From: Candidatus Woesebacteria bacterium GW2011_GWF1_31_35
GTDB taxonomy: Bacteria > Patescibacteriota > Microgenomatia > UBA8517
NCBI GenBank assembly: GCA_001029755.1
Contig: CP011214.1
Span: forward strand, 557,767 to 621,766
Direction of reading: 5' to 3'
DNA: 64,000 nucleotides
This document shows positions 39,933-49,250 of the stretch, in pieces. Position numbers and translations under genes: made by a program. The notes under the pieces were generated by a model, which did not search any database, was not told where the DNA came from, and saw nothing but the letters and a program-made list of their open reading frames with translations. How positions within the stretch are numbered: the stretch's first letter is position 1; the number at the start of each line of letters is the position of its first letter.

Positions 39933-42464
39933 ATGTGGAGAGATAGAAGAAGAAAGGTATTTGGTTTACAAAAATCAAGAAATTTGGCTAAGTTTGCAAA
40001 ACTTGGATTTCTAGGAATTATTCTTTTCTTTTTAGCTTCTTTTGTAATTTTACCCTTGATGGCTTTTAATCTTCCTTCTCCTGATAAAGTCATTCGAAGA
40101 GAAGGTTTTTCAACTAAAATATTGGATAGAAATGGAAAGGTACTTTACGATATTTATTCTGATCAAAGAAGAACTCCGGTTGCAATTGACGATATCCCCC
40201 TTTATTTAAAACAAGCAACAATTGCAATTGAAGATAAAAATTTCTATAAACATCAAGGCTTTGACATTTTAGGAACAATTAGAGGACTATCAAGAATTTT
40301 TACCAGAGGTTCTGCTCAAGGTGGTTCAACTTTAACCCAACAATTAGTTAAAAATGTATTACTAACTTCTGAAAGAAGTATTGTTAGAAAAATTAAAGAA
40401 TTTATTCTGGCTGTACAAATTGAAAGAAAATATTCAAAAGATCAAATTTTACAAATGTATCTTAATGAAGCCCCTTATGGTGGTAATTTGTGGGGAGTTG
40501 AAACAGCAGCAGAAACTTATTTTGGAAAACCTTCCAAAGATTTAAATTTAATAGAATCAGCAATTCTAGCAGGACTTCCTCAGATCCCTTCAAAGTATTC
40601 TCCTTATTCATCAACACCAAAAGCCTATATAGATAGAACTATAAATGTATTAAGAAGAATGAGAGAAGATGGGTTTATAACTAAAGATCAAGAAGAAGCA
40701 AGCTTAGCAGAACTTCCTAATGTTAAGTTTGAAGCTAAGGGTTCTTCATTTAAAGCTCCTCATTTTGTTCAATATGTACAAAAGATTTTAGAGGAAAGGT
40801 ATGGTGAAAAAGTTGTTGAACAAGGAGGTTTAAAGATTACAACCACACTTGATTTAGATCTTCAGGAAAAAGCCCAGCAAATTGTTGCTGATGAAATAGC
40901 CAAAGTTGAAAAACAAAGGATAACGAATGGCGGCGTAGTTGTAATGAGTCCTTCGACTGGAGAAATTTTAGCCATGGTTGGTTCAAAACGTTTTGATGAT
41001 CCTAATTATGATGGACAAGTAAATGTAACTGTTGCCTTAAGACAACCTGGATCATCATTCAAGCCTTTTACATATGTAACAGCCTTTAAAGAAGGTTACA
41101 CATCGTCTACCATGCTTATGGATGTACCAACGACATTTCCAGGTGGTGAAGGACTTCCTGATTATAATCCAGTAAATTACGATGGGAAATATAGAGGTCC
41201 AATTCAATTAAGATATGCACTAGGTAATTCAATAAATATTCCAGCAGTTAAGGTAATTGCCTTGGTTGGTATAAAGGATGTATTGGAAACTTCGTATGAA
41301 ATGGGAATTAATTCTCTCCCACCAACTGATGAAACCTTGGCAAGAGTTGGACTTTCATTAACCTTAGGTGGTGGTGAAGTAAGACTTTTGGAGTTAACAG
41401 ATGCCTATTCAGTTTTTTTTAATGGTGGATCGAAAGTTGAACCAATTGCGATTTTAAGAGTTGAAAGTAGTGATGGTAAAGTTTTGGAAGAAATAAAACC
41501 AAAACTTGGTAAAAAAGTATTGACCCCAGAGCAGGCTTATTTAATTGATAATATATTGTCTGACAATGAAGCTAGAAAAGATATTTTTGGTACAAATTCA
41601 CTTCTTAATATTCCAGGAAGACAAATTGCGGTGAAAACTGGGACAACAAATGATAAAAGAGATAATTGGACAATTGGAGGAAATCCACAGATTGCTGTTG
41701 GTGTTTGGGTTGGAAATAATGATAATTCACCAATGTTAAATGTTGCATCAGGAGTTTCGGGTGCTTCTCCTATTTGGAGACAAGTTTTACTTGAATCATT
41801 AAAGGAATTACCGGTTGTTAATTTTGAAGTTCCGTCAGGAATTGAAACAATTGAGGTTGATAGTATGTCAGGTAAAAAAGCGCATGATGGATTTGTTTCT
41901 CGATTTGAGATTTTTGCCAAAGGATCAGAACCTGGAAACGATGATATCCATTTAAATCTAAAAGTATGTAAAAACGATGGAAAATTAGCTACTCCTTCTG
42001 ATATTTCAGGTGGAAATTATGATACAAAAGAATTTTTTGTGATTAAAGAAGAAGATCCATTAGCAAAATCTGGAGGAGTAAATAAATGGCAGGAGGCGAT
42101 TTTAACTTGGATTAATGGTCAGTCAGATATTAAATATCATCCTCCTACTGAATTTTGTGGTACAACTAATCCAGTTAATGTTGAATTTAGTTATCCAACT
42201 GATAGAACATCAAATTTACCAAATACTTTTACAGTTAGAATTAACGCCAATTCTACAAGTGATATTATCCAAATAGAACTTGAAGTTGATGGAGTAAAGG
42301 CAAGAACATTTACAGGACCTCCATATGAACATAGCTTAACTTTAACTGATGGAGTTCATAAATTAAGAGCTAAAGCAAAAGATAAGGATGGCCATGAATC
42401 AGACAGAATTATAGATATTGGAATAAATTCACTTTGGAATCTTACTCCTTCGCCGACCCCTTGA
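39933..42464 (+). CDS. Class A penicillin-binding protein (PBP1A; glycosyltransferase GT51 + transpeptidase) with a C-terminal Ig-like extension
   Basis: GT51 motifs (TIAIEDKNFYKHQGFD, GGSTLTQQLVKN). Transpeptidase SSFKPF, SIN, KTGTTN. N-terminal TM anchor. Confidence 0.9.
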   Translation: MWRDRRRKVFGLQKSRNLAKFAKLGFLGIILFFLASFVILPLMAFNLPSPDKVIRREGFSTKILDRNGKVLYDIYSDQRRTPVAIDDIPLYLKQATIAIEDKNFYKHQGFDILGTIRGLSRIFTRGSAQGGSTLTQQLVKNVLLTSERSIVRKIKEFILAVQIERKYSKDQILQMYLNEAPYGGNLWGVETAAETYFGKPSKDLNLIESAILAGLPQIPSKYSPYSSTPKAYIDRTINVLRRMREDGFITKDQEEASLAELPNVKFEAKGSSFKAPHFVQYVQKILEERYGEKVVEQGGLKITTTLDLDLQEKAQQIVADEIAKVEKQRITNGGVVVMSPSTGEILAMVGSKRFDDPNYDGQVNVTVALRQPGSSFKPFTYVTAFKEGYTSSTMLMDVPTTFPGGEGLPDYNPVNYDGKYRGPIQLRYALGNSINIPAVKVIALVGIKDVLETSYEMGINSLPPTDETLARVGLSLTLGGGEVRLLELTDAYSVFFNGGSKVEPIAILRVESSDGKVLEEIKPKLGKKVLTPEQAYLIDNILSDNEARKDIFGTNSLLNIPGRQIAVKTGTTNDKRDNWTIGGNPQIAVGVWVGNNDNSPMLNVASGVSGASPIWRQVLLESLKELPVVNFEVPSGIETIEVDSMSGKKAHDGFVSRFEIFAKGSEPGNDDIHLNLKVCKNDGKLATPSDISGGNYDTKEFFVIKEEDPLAKSGGVNKWQEAILTWINGQSDIKYHPPTEFCGTTNPVNVEFSYPTDRTSNLPNTFTVRINANSTSDIIQIELEVDGVKARTFTGPPYEHSLTLTDGVHKLRAKAKDKDGHESDRIIDIGINSLWNLTPSPTP

Positions 42465-42487
42465 CTTGATGGTTTATAATAAGTTAG

Positions 42488-42751
42488 GTGAAAGAAAAAC
42501 TTGATTATACAAGGATTTCAACTAAAGTTGATGTATCTATCGGGCCAGATGGAAAGGTTCTTCGTCATAGTGTGATTTCTCCTGATTGGAGGCAAGTTAA
42601 GCCCAATAAATTAACGGATGCAATTAATAGATTTGAAAAAAAAGTTAATGAACCGTGTCTTTCAGAGTTACTTAAGAAAAATGGAAAGGTTATTTTTTGG
42701 ATAAATAGTGGACAAAATGAAATTTTAGCTGCGACAACTGAAGGTTGTTAA
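42488..42751 (+). CDS. Hypothetical protein
   Basis: 87-aa ORF with no recognisable motif, wedged between PBP1A and the end of pheT. Confidence 0.3.
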   Translation: MKEKLDYTRISTKVDVSIGPDGKVLRHSVISPDWRQVKPNKLTDAINRFEKKVNEPCLSELLKKNGKVIFWINSGQNEILAATTEGC

Positions 42752-44670
42752 TTTTTTATTGTAATTCCAAATTTTTGTTTTAAGGTCATTATAATTTCAT
42801 TTCTTATTTTTTCCACTTCTTTATCTACCAAAGTTTTATCAGGATGTTGATACCAAATTCTAAAAGTATAACTATTTTCAAAAATATCTTCTAATTCTAC
42901 ATCATTAATATATTTATTTGTTTGTTTAATTGAATGAATTATCTCACCTATGTAAGTTTTTTCAGGAATAATCAAAGTTAAATCTTCAATTTGTGGTGGA
43001 AATTTTACCCAAAGATTAATTTTGTATTTATTTTCTTTACCTAAAATACTATCTAAATCTATTTCAACGTAATATAAAAAATCATGCATTCCACCAAAAC
43101 CTACTTGGTTATTATTTAATTTTAATATGTAAGAATTTGTAAAATTAAAATTTAATATTTCACTGACATAATCTGGGTTTTTAATATCTATTTTATTAAA
43201 GAAAGTTAAAATCAGGGATTTAAAATCACTAAAACTATTTTTTTCTTTTGACCAATAAATAAAACCAATTTTCCTTTTTTCAATATAATTATTTTTTTCT
43301 TTAAAATAAATTTTACCAATTTCAAAAAGTTGTACGAATTCTCCTCTTTCGTTGACTATTTTTTTTGCAGAATCTAATAAATTAGGAAAAAGACTGTTTC
43401 TTAAATATTTAGTATCAGGAGATGGTGGATTAATAATAGTAACGTTAGTATCTTTATATTTTTCTCTTACAAAAGATAAACTGATATTTTCATCAAACCC
43501 AACTGAAATTGCAGATTGTCTTAATTTATCTTCCTGAATAATATAATTTGGTGTAATATTTTTTGGAATTTCCAAAGATAAAGTTTTAGTTGGAATTTTG
43601 TCGTATCCATAAATTCTAACAATTTCTTCAATCAAATCTTCCTCAAGTGTTACATCAGTTCTATGGGTTGGTACTAAGACATCTATACCTAATTTGTCCT
43701 TTTTTATGATTTCAAATTGAAGATTTAGTAAAATATTTTTTATTTCATTAAAATTTAAAGTTAGTCCACTAAAATTATTTAAATAAGCAAAATCTAGATG
43801 AACCTTCCACGGTTTAATTTCTTTTGGATAATAATCATACATTTCAGGAGTAAATTCTCCCCAATTGTACTTCTTGACGAAGTATAAAAATCTAGAGATT
43901 GCAAAATCAACCATATTTGGGTCAAGTTCTTTTTCATGTCTAATTCCTGCATCTGTTAGCAAATTGTGTCTATATACAGTTTTTCTGATATTTGCCCTGT
44001 CGTAATTTGCAGCTTCTAGTAAAATATTTTTTGTATCACTCACTATTGAATGATATTTTTCTCCAATTGATCCAGCAACAGATAGAATCTCATTTCCTTT
44101 TGTCCAAACTAAATCATCTTTTGTAAGTGTTATATTGGCATCCATAAAAGTAATAATTTTTTCTCCATCTTTAGCTAGTCTAATTTCTAAACTATTACCA
44201 ATTTTGTCTAAATCAAATGCGTGCATTGGTTCTCCCGTCTCAATCATCACGTAATTTGTAAGATCAACAATGTTATTTTTTGATTCTAATCCATAGGCAA
44301 TTAACTTGTCTGATAACCATTTAGGGGATTTTGTAATTTTAATGTTTTTTATTTCAATCATTCCAACTCTTTTTACAAGTGGGGTTTGAATATCTAAATT
44401 AATATTTTTTAACTCTTTAATCTTTTTAACAGTTATGATTGGAATGTTTTTTAATTTTGTTTTGTAAATTGCAGAAACTTCTCTTGCAATACCTAAGATG
44501 CTATAACAATCTGCTCTATTTCCTCGAAGCTCTAAGTCTAGAATTGTTTCGCTATTTTTTGTCTCAATTTTATCAAGCATATGTCCAACCATAGTTAAAT
44601 CAGAAGTTAACTTTTTGACATCTTTAGGTACTTCTACTAATTTATTAAGCCAATTAAGTGGTACTTTCAT
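42748..44670 (-). CDS. pheT: Phenylalanyl-tRNA synthetase beta subunit (short form, lacks the N-terminal tRNA-binding domain)
   Basis: B3/B4 region LELRGNRADCYSILGIAREV; B5 and catalytic-like C-terminal domains. Immediately downstream of pheS. Confidence 0.85.
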   Translation of the reverse strand: MKVPLNWLNKLVEVPKDVKKLTSDLTMVGHMLDKIETKNSETILDLELRGNRADCYSILGIAREVSAIYKTKLKNIPIITVKKIKELKNINLDIQTPLVKRVGMIEIKNIKITKSPKWLSDKLIAYGLESKNNIVDLTNYVMIETGEPMHAFDLDKIGNSLEIRLAKDGEKIITFMDANITLTKDDLVWTKGNEILSVAGSIGEKYHSIVSDTKNILLEAANYDRANIRKTVYRHNLLTDAGIRHEKELDPNMVDFAISRFLYFVKKYNWGEFTPEMYDYYPKEIKPWKVHLDFAYLNNFSGLTLNFNEIKNILLNLQFEIIKKDKLGIDVLVPTHRTDVTLEEDLIEEIVRIYGYDKIPTKTLSLEIPKNITPNYIIQEDKLRQSAISVGFDENISLSFVREKYKDTNVTIINPPSPDTKYLRNSLFPNLLDSAKKIVNERGEFVQLFEIGKIYFKEKNNYIEKRKIGFIYWSKEKNSFSDFKSLILTFFNKIDIKNPDYVSEILNFNFTNSYILKLNNNQVGFGGMHDFLYYVEIDLDSILGKENKYKINLWVKFPPQIEDLTLIIPEKTYIGEIIHSIKQTNKYINDVELEDIFENSYTFRIWYQHPDKTLVDKEVEKIRNEIIMTLKQKFGITIKN

Positions 44671-44723
44671 AATTTTTTAATTTCAAGCTTTGCTTATAAT
44701 TTTTTATTTAAGATATTAATTTA

Positions 44724-45716
44724 TTAATATCTAATATCCCCGTTATACAAACTTCTTATATCATTTATTTTAAATCTATCCATTACTATTCGATCAAGTC
44801 CCATACCGAATGCAAACCCGCTAATTTTCTTTGGATTATAACCAAAGTTTTTCAAAATTTGAGGGTGAATCATACCTGCTCCTAACATTTCTATCCAACC
44901 TCTGCCTTTACAAACACTACAACCTTTTTGATCACAAAATTTACAATCTATATCAAGTCCTACTCCTGGTTCAACTTCGGGATAATATTTACATCTAAAT
45001 CTAATTTTACGTTCTTCTCCAAAATAACTTTTTACGAAAGAAAAAAGCGTTCCTTTCAAGTCTGTCATTGAAATACCTTTTTGTAATGCAAACCCTTGAA
45101 ATTGATAAAACATTGCATTGTTGCTGGCATTAACATTTTCAAATCTATAACATTTTCCGGCAACTACTACTCTAAATGGAGGTTTGAGTTTTTCAATTGA
45201 CCTTGTTTCGACAGATGAAGTATGACTTCTAAGTAGTGTTTCTGGTTCCTCAATATATAAAACGTCTTGCAATGATCTTGCTGGATGATCTTTTGGCAAA
45301 TTAAGAAGCTCAAAGTTATAATGATCTGATTCAATTTCAGGTCCTTCCATGATCGAAAATCCTAGATTTTTAAATATTTCTGTCATTTCCAAGATAACAA
45401 TTGAAGTAGGATGAAGATGTCCGACTTTTTTGATTTTTACTGGGATTGTTGGATCAAACCATTCTCTAAAATTAACTTTTAAATCATTCTTTTTATCAGC
45501 TATTACTTTTTCTAAAGTATTTTTAACTTCGTTTATTAATATTCCTATTTGTTTTTTGTCTTCGTCACTTAAGTTTTTAAGTTCTTTAGTTGTGTTAGTT
45601 ATTTTTCCGTTTCTACCAAATAATTCAATTCTAATTTGTTCTAGATCATTTAAATTATCAATTTCATTAATTTGGGCAATTGCCTGATTTTTTGAATTAA
45701 TTATGTCTTCTTTCAT
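44724..45716 (-). CDS. pheS: Phenylalanyl-tRNA synthetase alpha subunit
   Basis: Class II motifs FRVVVAGKCYRFE, GWIEMLGAGMIHP, AFGMGLDRI; zinc-ribbon-like CKFCDQKGCSVCKGRG insertion. Confidence 0.9.
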   Translation of the reverse strand: MKEDIINSKNQAIAQINEIDNLNDLEQIRIELFGRNGKITNTTKELKNLSDEDKKQIGILINEVKNTLEKVIADKKNDLKVNFREWFDPTIPVKIKKVGHLHPTSIVILEMTEIFKNLGFSIMEGPEIESDHYNFELLNLPKDHPARSLQDVLYIEEPETLLRSHTSSVETRSIEKLKPPFRVVVAGKCYRFENVNASNNAMFYQFQGFALQKGISMTDLKGTLFSFVKSYFGEERKIRFRCKYYPEVEPGVGLDIDCKFCDQKGCSVCKGRGWIEMLGAGMIHPQILKNFGYNPKKISGFAFGMGLDRIVMDRFKINDIRSLYNGDIRY

Positions 45717-45731
45717 ATTTAATCATTATCT

Positions 45732-45760
45732 AATAAAAAAACCTCCTTTTCTAGGAGGTT
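45732..45760 (-). terminator. Intrinsic terminator/attenuator-like hairpin between rplT and pheS
   Basis: Minus strand reads AACCUCC-UAGAAAA-GGAGGUU followed by UUUUUUAUUA, ending 25 nt upstream of the pheS ATG. Confidence 0.4.
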
Positions 45761-45785
45761 AACAAAATTTGCATGTTACCCCCTA

Positions 45786-46139
45786 TTATTTCTTGGAGGT
45801 AAAGCTAACTTCTTTTACAATTTTTTCGAAAACACTAGGATTTTTAATTGCGATGTCTGAAAGTACTTTTCTATCAAGTTCAATCTTTGCTGCTTTTAGG
45901 TTTGCAATCAATCTTGAATATGAAGTGTTTAGATTTTTTGCTGCAGCTCCTAGTCTTACAATCCAAAGAGCTCTTAAATCTCTCTTTTTTAGTTTTCTTC
46001 CATGAAATGCATATGCACCAGCATGCATAACTGCTTCGTTGGCTTGTTTAAATCTTCTAGATCTTGCCGCATGATAGCCTTTTGCAAGTTTCTTAATCCT
46101 TTTATGTTTGATACTAGCTAAACTTTTTACTCTTGCCAT
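45786..46139 (-). CDS. rplT: 50S ribosomal protein L20
   Basis: MARVKSLASIKHKRIKKLAKGYHAARSRRFKQANEAVMHAGAYAFHGRKLKKRDLRALWIVRLGAAAKN. Confidence 0.95.
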   Translation of the reverse strand: MARVKSLASIKHKRIKKLAKGYHAARSRRFKQANEAVMHAGAYAFHGRKLKKRDLRALWIVRLGAAAKNLNTSYSRLIANLKAAKIELDRKVLSDIAIKNPSVFEKIVKEVSFTSKK

Positions 46140-46140
46140 A

Positions 46141-46371
46141 TTATTTTGTTACTTTGGCTTTATATGCCTTTTTATTAACTTTTCCTAAATATTTTCTAAG
46201 TTTTCTAGCTAAGACTCTTTTAACAGGAGTCATCCTTTTAAGTCTTGAAAGTCTACTCTTACTTTTACCAGCGTTAAGATGCCTTTTAAAAGCTTTTCTT
46301 CTTAAGACTTTACCGTTTTTGGTAATTCTTATTCTATTTGTCAGTAACCTCTTTGTCTTTTGTTTTCCCAT
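46141..46371 (-). CDS. rpmI: 50S ribosomal protein L35
   Basis: MGKQKTKRLLTNRIRITKNGKVLRRKAFKRHLNAGKS. Confidence 0.9.
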   Translation of the reverse strand: MGKQKTKRLLTNRIRITKNGKVLRRKAFKRHLNAGKSKSRLSRLKRMTPVKRVLARKLRKYLGKVNKKAYKAKVTK

Positions 46372-46891
46372 ATGTGTTTGTTGGTGAAATTATCATTAAC
46401 AAATTCCTTCCAAGGAATTTTGGTTTCATATCAATGTTAATTCCATCTCCTAAATCTTTTAACACTCTCGTAAAAATATTATATCCAAACTGTTTACTAC
46501 CTAACTGTTTAATCTTAAAATAAACTGCTAATTTTACTTTATTTTTATCCTTCAAAAACTCATCCATTCTTCTTAGTCTTGTCTGATAATCCCCTTCACC
46601 TATAAATGGTGTAAACCTTAATTCCTTAATGTCAGAAGGTTTACTTTTCTTCTGAGCTTCTTTTAGTTTTTTCTCTTCTTGATATTTAAATTTACTAAAT
46701 TCAATAATTTTAGCTACAGGTGGCTCTGCGTTTGGTGCAATTTCAACTAAATCAACTCCGCCATCTTTTGCCAATTTTATCGCTTTATCCTTCGAAATAA
46801 CCCCTATTTGTTTACCTTCTGAGTCTAAAACTCTTAAGGTTGTAGCAGGAATTCTCTCGTTTAATCGCCAGTAATTATTAAAGCCTTTCAA
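46334..46891 (-). CDS. infC: Translation initiation factor IF-3 (apparent TTG start)
   Basis: RLNERIPATTLRVLDSEGKQIGVISKDKAIKLAKDGGVDLVEIAPNAEPPVAKIIEFSKFKYQ. Non-ATG start (TTG at 46891) is consistent with the known infC autoregulation via unusual start codons. Confidence 0.9.
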   Translation of the reverse strand: MKGFNNYWRLNERIPATTLRVLDSEGKQIGVISKDKAIKLAKDGGVDLVEIAPNAEPPVAKIIEFSKFKYQEEKKLKEAQKKSKPSDIKELRFTPFIGEGDYQTRLRRMDEFLKDKNKVKLAVYFKIKQLGSKQFGYNIFTRVLKDLGDGINIDMKPKFLGRNLLMIISPTNTYGKTKDKEVTDK

Positions 46892-46920
46892 TTTAAATTT
46901 AAATTCAGATTAGAATTGTA

Positions 46921-48690
46921 TCAGTTTATTAGTTTTTCTTCAATCTCTTTTTTGATTATCCTAATAAAATCTTCAAGGCTATCATTTTCAAGACTTTTCC
47001 CGTCTCTACATCTGACTGAAATAGTTTTTTCTTTTTCTTCTTTATCACCAACTATCAACATATATGAAATCTTTTCCATTTGAGCATTTCTAATTTTTTC
47101 TCCTAATGTTTCATTTCTTTCATCGATCTCAACTCTAATACCATCATCTCTTAATTTTTTAAATATACTATTTGCATAATTTAAGTTCCTTTCAGTTAAA
47201 GGTAAAATTTTAACTTGAACTGGAGTTAACCAAGTTGGAAAATTTCCCGCAAAATGTTCGATTAAAATTCCTATAAATCTTTCAAGCGATCCATATATAA
47301 CTCTATGTATTGCAATTGGAGTTTTTAAAGACCCGCCTTTGTCAATATATTGAAGTTTGAATCTTCGTGGTTGTTGAAAATCAAGCTGTATTGTTCCCAT
47401 CTGCCAACTTCTTCCTAATGAATCTTTCATTAAAATATCTATCTTAGGTCCATAAAAGGCACCATCACCATCTAATATCTCATATTCTATTCCTGATTCT
47501 TTAAGTATTTTATTCAAAGTCTTTTCAGCCTTGTCCCAAGTCTTAACGTCACCCATAAAGTTTTCAGGATTTCTTGTCCCTAATCTAAATGAATAATTAA
47601 TATCAAAAATGGAATAGAACTTTTTAACTATTTCAAACACATTTTTATATTCAGATTCAATTTGATCTTCAGAAACGTAAATATGTGCATCATCTTGACG
47701 AAATTCCCTAACTCTTAATAAACCGTTTAAAGTTCCTGATCTTTCATATCGATGTAGTGGATCTGTGTCAGATAAACGAAGTGGTAAGTCTCGATAACTT
47801 CTATTTTTATGATCAAATACAATATGGGCATTTGGACAATTCATTGCCTTAACTCCATATTCACCTTCATCTTCAGTCTTTGCAACAAACATCTCACTCC
47901 AATAATGATCATAGTGACCGGATGTAATATATAATTCTTTTTTGTTTAGTATTGGAGACATAATTTCTTGATATCCCCTTTTAATGTGTTCAATTCTCCA
48001 GAATTTAACAAGTTCGTTATAGATAGTCAGTCCTTTAGGAAGCCAATAAGGCATTCCTGGTGAAGTATTGTGAAACATAAATAATTCCAACTCCTGTCCT
48101 AATTTTTTATGGTCTCTTTTCTTAGCTTCTTCTATTTGATATAAATAATTAGCAAGCTCTTTTTGAGAGTAAAAAGCTGTTCCGTAAACCCTTTGTAACA
48201 TTTTATTTTTTTCATCCCCATGCCAATATGCTCCAGCAACAGATAAAAGTTTAAATGCTTTGACCTCTCCAGTTGAATTAAGATGAGGTCCACTACAAAG
48301 ATCAATTTCTTCATCTCCCATTTTATATGTTGAAACCTTTTCTCCTCTTTTTTCTATTTCATCTATCCACTCGAGTTTATAAGGATTATTTTTAAATATT
48401 TTTTTAGCCTCCTCAATCTTGACGTCTTCTTGAATCATTGGAAGATCTAAATTTATTAATCTTTTCATTTCTTTTTCAATTTTTTCAAAATCTGCTTCAG
48501 TTATTTTTTCATCAAAATCAAAATCATTATAGAATCCATCTGGAGTTGCAGGACCCATTGCCTTTTTAAGTTTTGGATATAGATTTTGTAATGAAGTATG
48601 TAAGATATGTTCAGCAGTATGTCTTAATGCCCAAAGTTTTTGTTCTTCGAGTGTCATTTTCGTTAATTTTTCATCTAGTACTTTTGACAT
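46921..48690 (-). CDS. thrS: Threonyl-tRNA synthetase (lacks the N-terminal TGS domain)
   Basis: Editing-domain LRHTAEHILHTSLQ. Class II motifs HRYERSGTLNGLLRVREFRQDDAHIY. C-terminal anticodon-binding domain. Confidence 0.9.
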   Translation of the reverse strand: MSKVLDEKLTKMTLEEQKLWALRHTAEHILHTSLQNLYPKLKKAMGPATPDGFYNDFDFDEKITEADFEKIEKEMKRLINLDLPMIQEDVKIEEAKKIFKNNPYKLEWIDEIEKRGEKVSTYKMGDEEIDLCSGPHLNSTGEVKAFKLLSVAGAYWHGDEKNKMLQRVYGTAFYSQKELANYLYQIEEAKKRDHKKLGQELELFMFHNTSPGMPYWLPKGLTIYNELVKFWRIEHIKRGYQEIMSPILNKKELYITSGHYDHYWSEMFVAKTEDEGEYGVKAMNCPNAHIVFDHKNRSYRDLPLRLSDTDPLHRYERSGTLNGLLRVREFRQDDAHIYVSEDQIESEYKNVFEIVKKFYSIFDINYSFRLGTRNPENFMGDVKTWDKAEKTLNKILKESGIEYEILDGDGAFYGPKIDILMKDSLGRSWQMGTIQLDFQQPRRFKLQYIDKGGSLKTPIAIHRVIYGSLERFIGILIEHFAGNFPTWLTPVQVKILPLTERNLNYANSIFKKLRDDGIRVEIDERNETLGEKIRNAQMEKISYMLIVGDKEEKEKTISVRCRDGKSLENDSLEDFIRIIKKEIEEKLIN

Positions 48691-48715
48691 ATATTTAATT
48701 TTATACCTTTTAAAA

Positions 48716-48749
48716 TAAAAAATCCGCCTCCTTTTATTTAGAAGACGGT
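48716..48749 (-). terminator. Terminator-like hairpin plus U-tract immediately upstream of the thrS start (attenuator candidate)
   Basis: Minus strand reads CCGUCUUCU-AAAUAAA-AGGAGGCGG (9 bp including 2 G-U) followed by AUUUUUUAUUUU, ending about 25 nt before the thrS ATG. Confidence 0.4.
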
Positions 48750-48913
48750 TGTTGTCGTGGTTCCACTTCTATTTATTCTCTTTTTTTATTAGTTAACTTA
48801 AACTTTTTGAATTGGTGAATTTCAAATAATAACGTTTAAATAATTTAACTTATTAGTATAATAGTAAAAATTAAAACAATTTGCAAATTAATTTGTATTT
48901 TGTTAAATCTAAT

Positions 48914-49120
48914 TTATTCATCTGATAGGTCATTATATTCTATAAATCTACGTAGAAGTCTTCTTTCTGCCCTATTTTTTGAATGTTCTTTGGCATATTT
49001 ATCTAATCGTCTTTTGCTATTATCCTTAATTCGATTTTCTTGATCTTTATACATAACAACAAGGCCTAAAATACCTAGAACTGTTTCACCAACTAAACGA
49101 TCTATACTCTCTGGAGGCAT
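48914..49120 (-). CDS. Hypothetical small basic protein (68 aa) within the long thrS-typA intergenic region
   Basis: ORF only. Arg/Lys-rich C-terminal half. A 14-bp palindrome lies 11 nt upstream of its ATG. Could be non-coding leader sequence instead. Confidence 0.25.
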   Translation of the reverse strand: MPPESIDRLVGETVLGILGLVVMYKDQENRIKDNSKRRLDKYAKEHSKNRAERRLLRRFIEYNDLSDE

Positions 49121-49250
49121 TTTACTACAACCATGTTAACATGGGTAATGCCAATGTGAGTGGAGCAAGTTTTTTTCCTAAATTATGATTAATTTCTCTT
49201 TCCATGAAGTGATTATAACCTATAATATTTTCAAATATTTAAAATAAATA

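Noticed and set aside
48750-49000. Full T-box riboswitch annotation for the thrS leader
   Set aside because: Only the 3' T-box-like 12-mer and the terminator are visible. The region where stem I and the specifier loop should be is almost pure A/T with no discernible helices. Reported only as an attenuator candidate.
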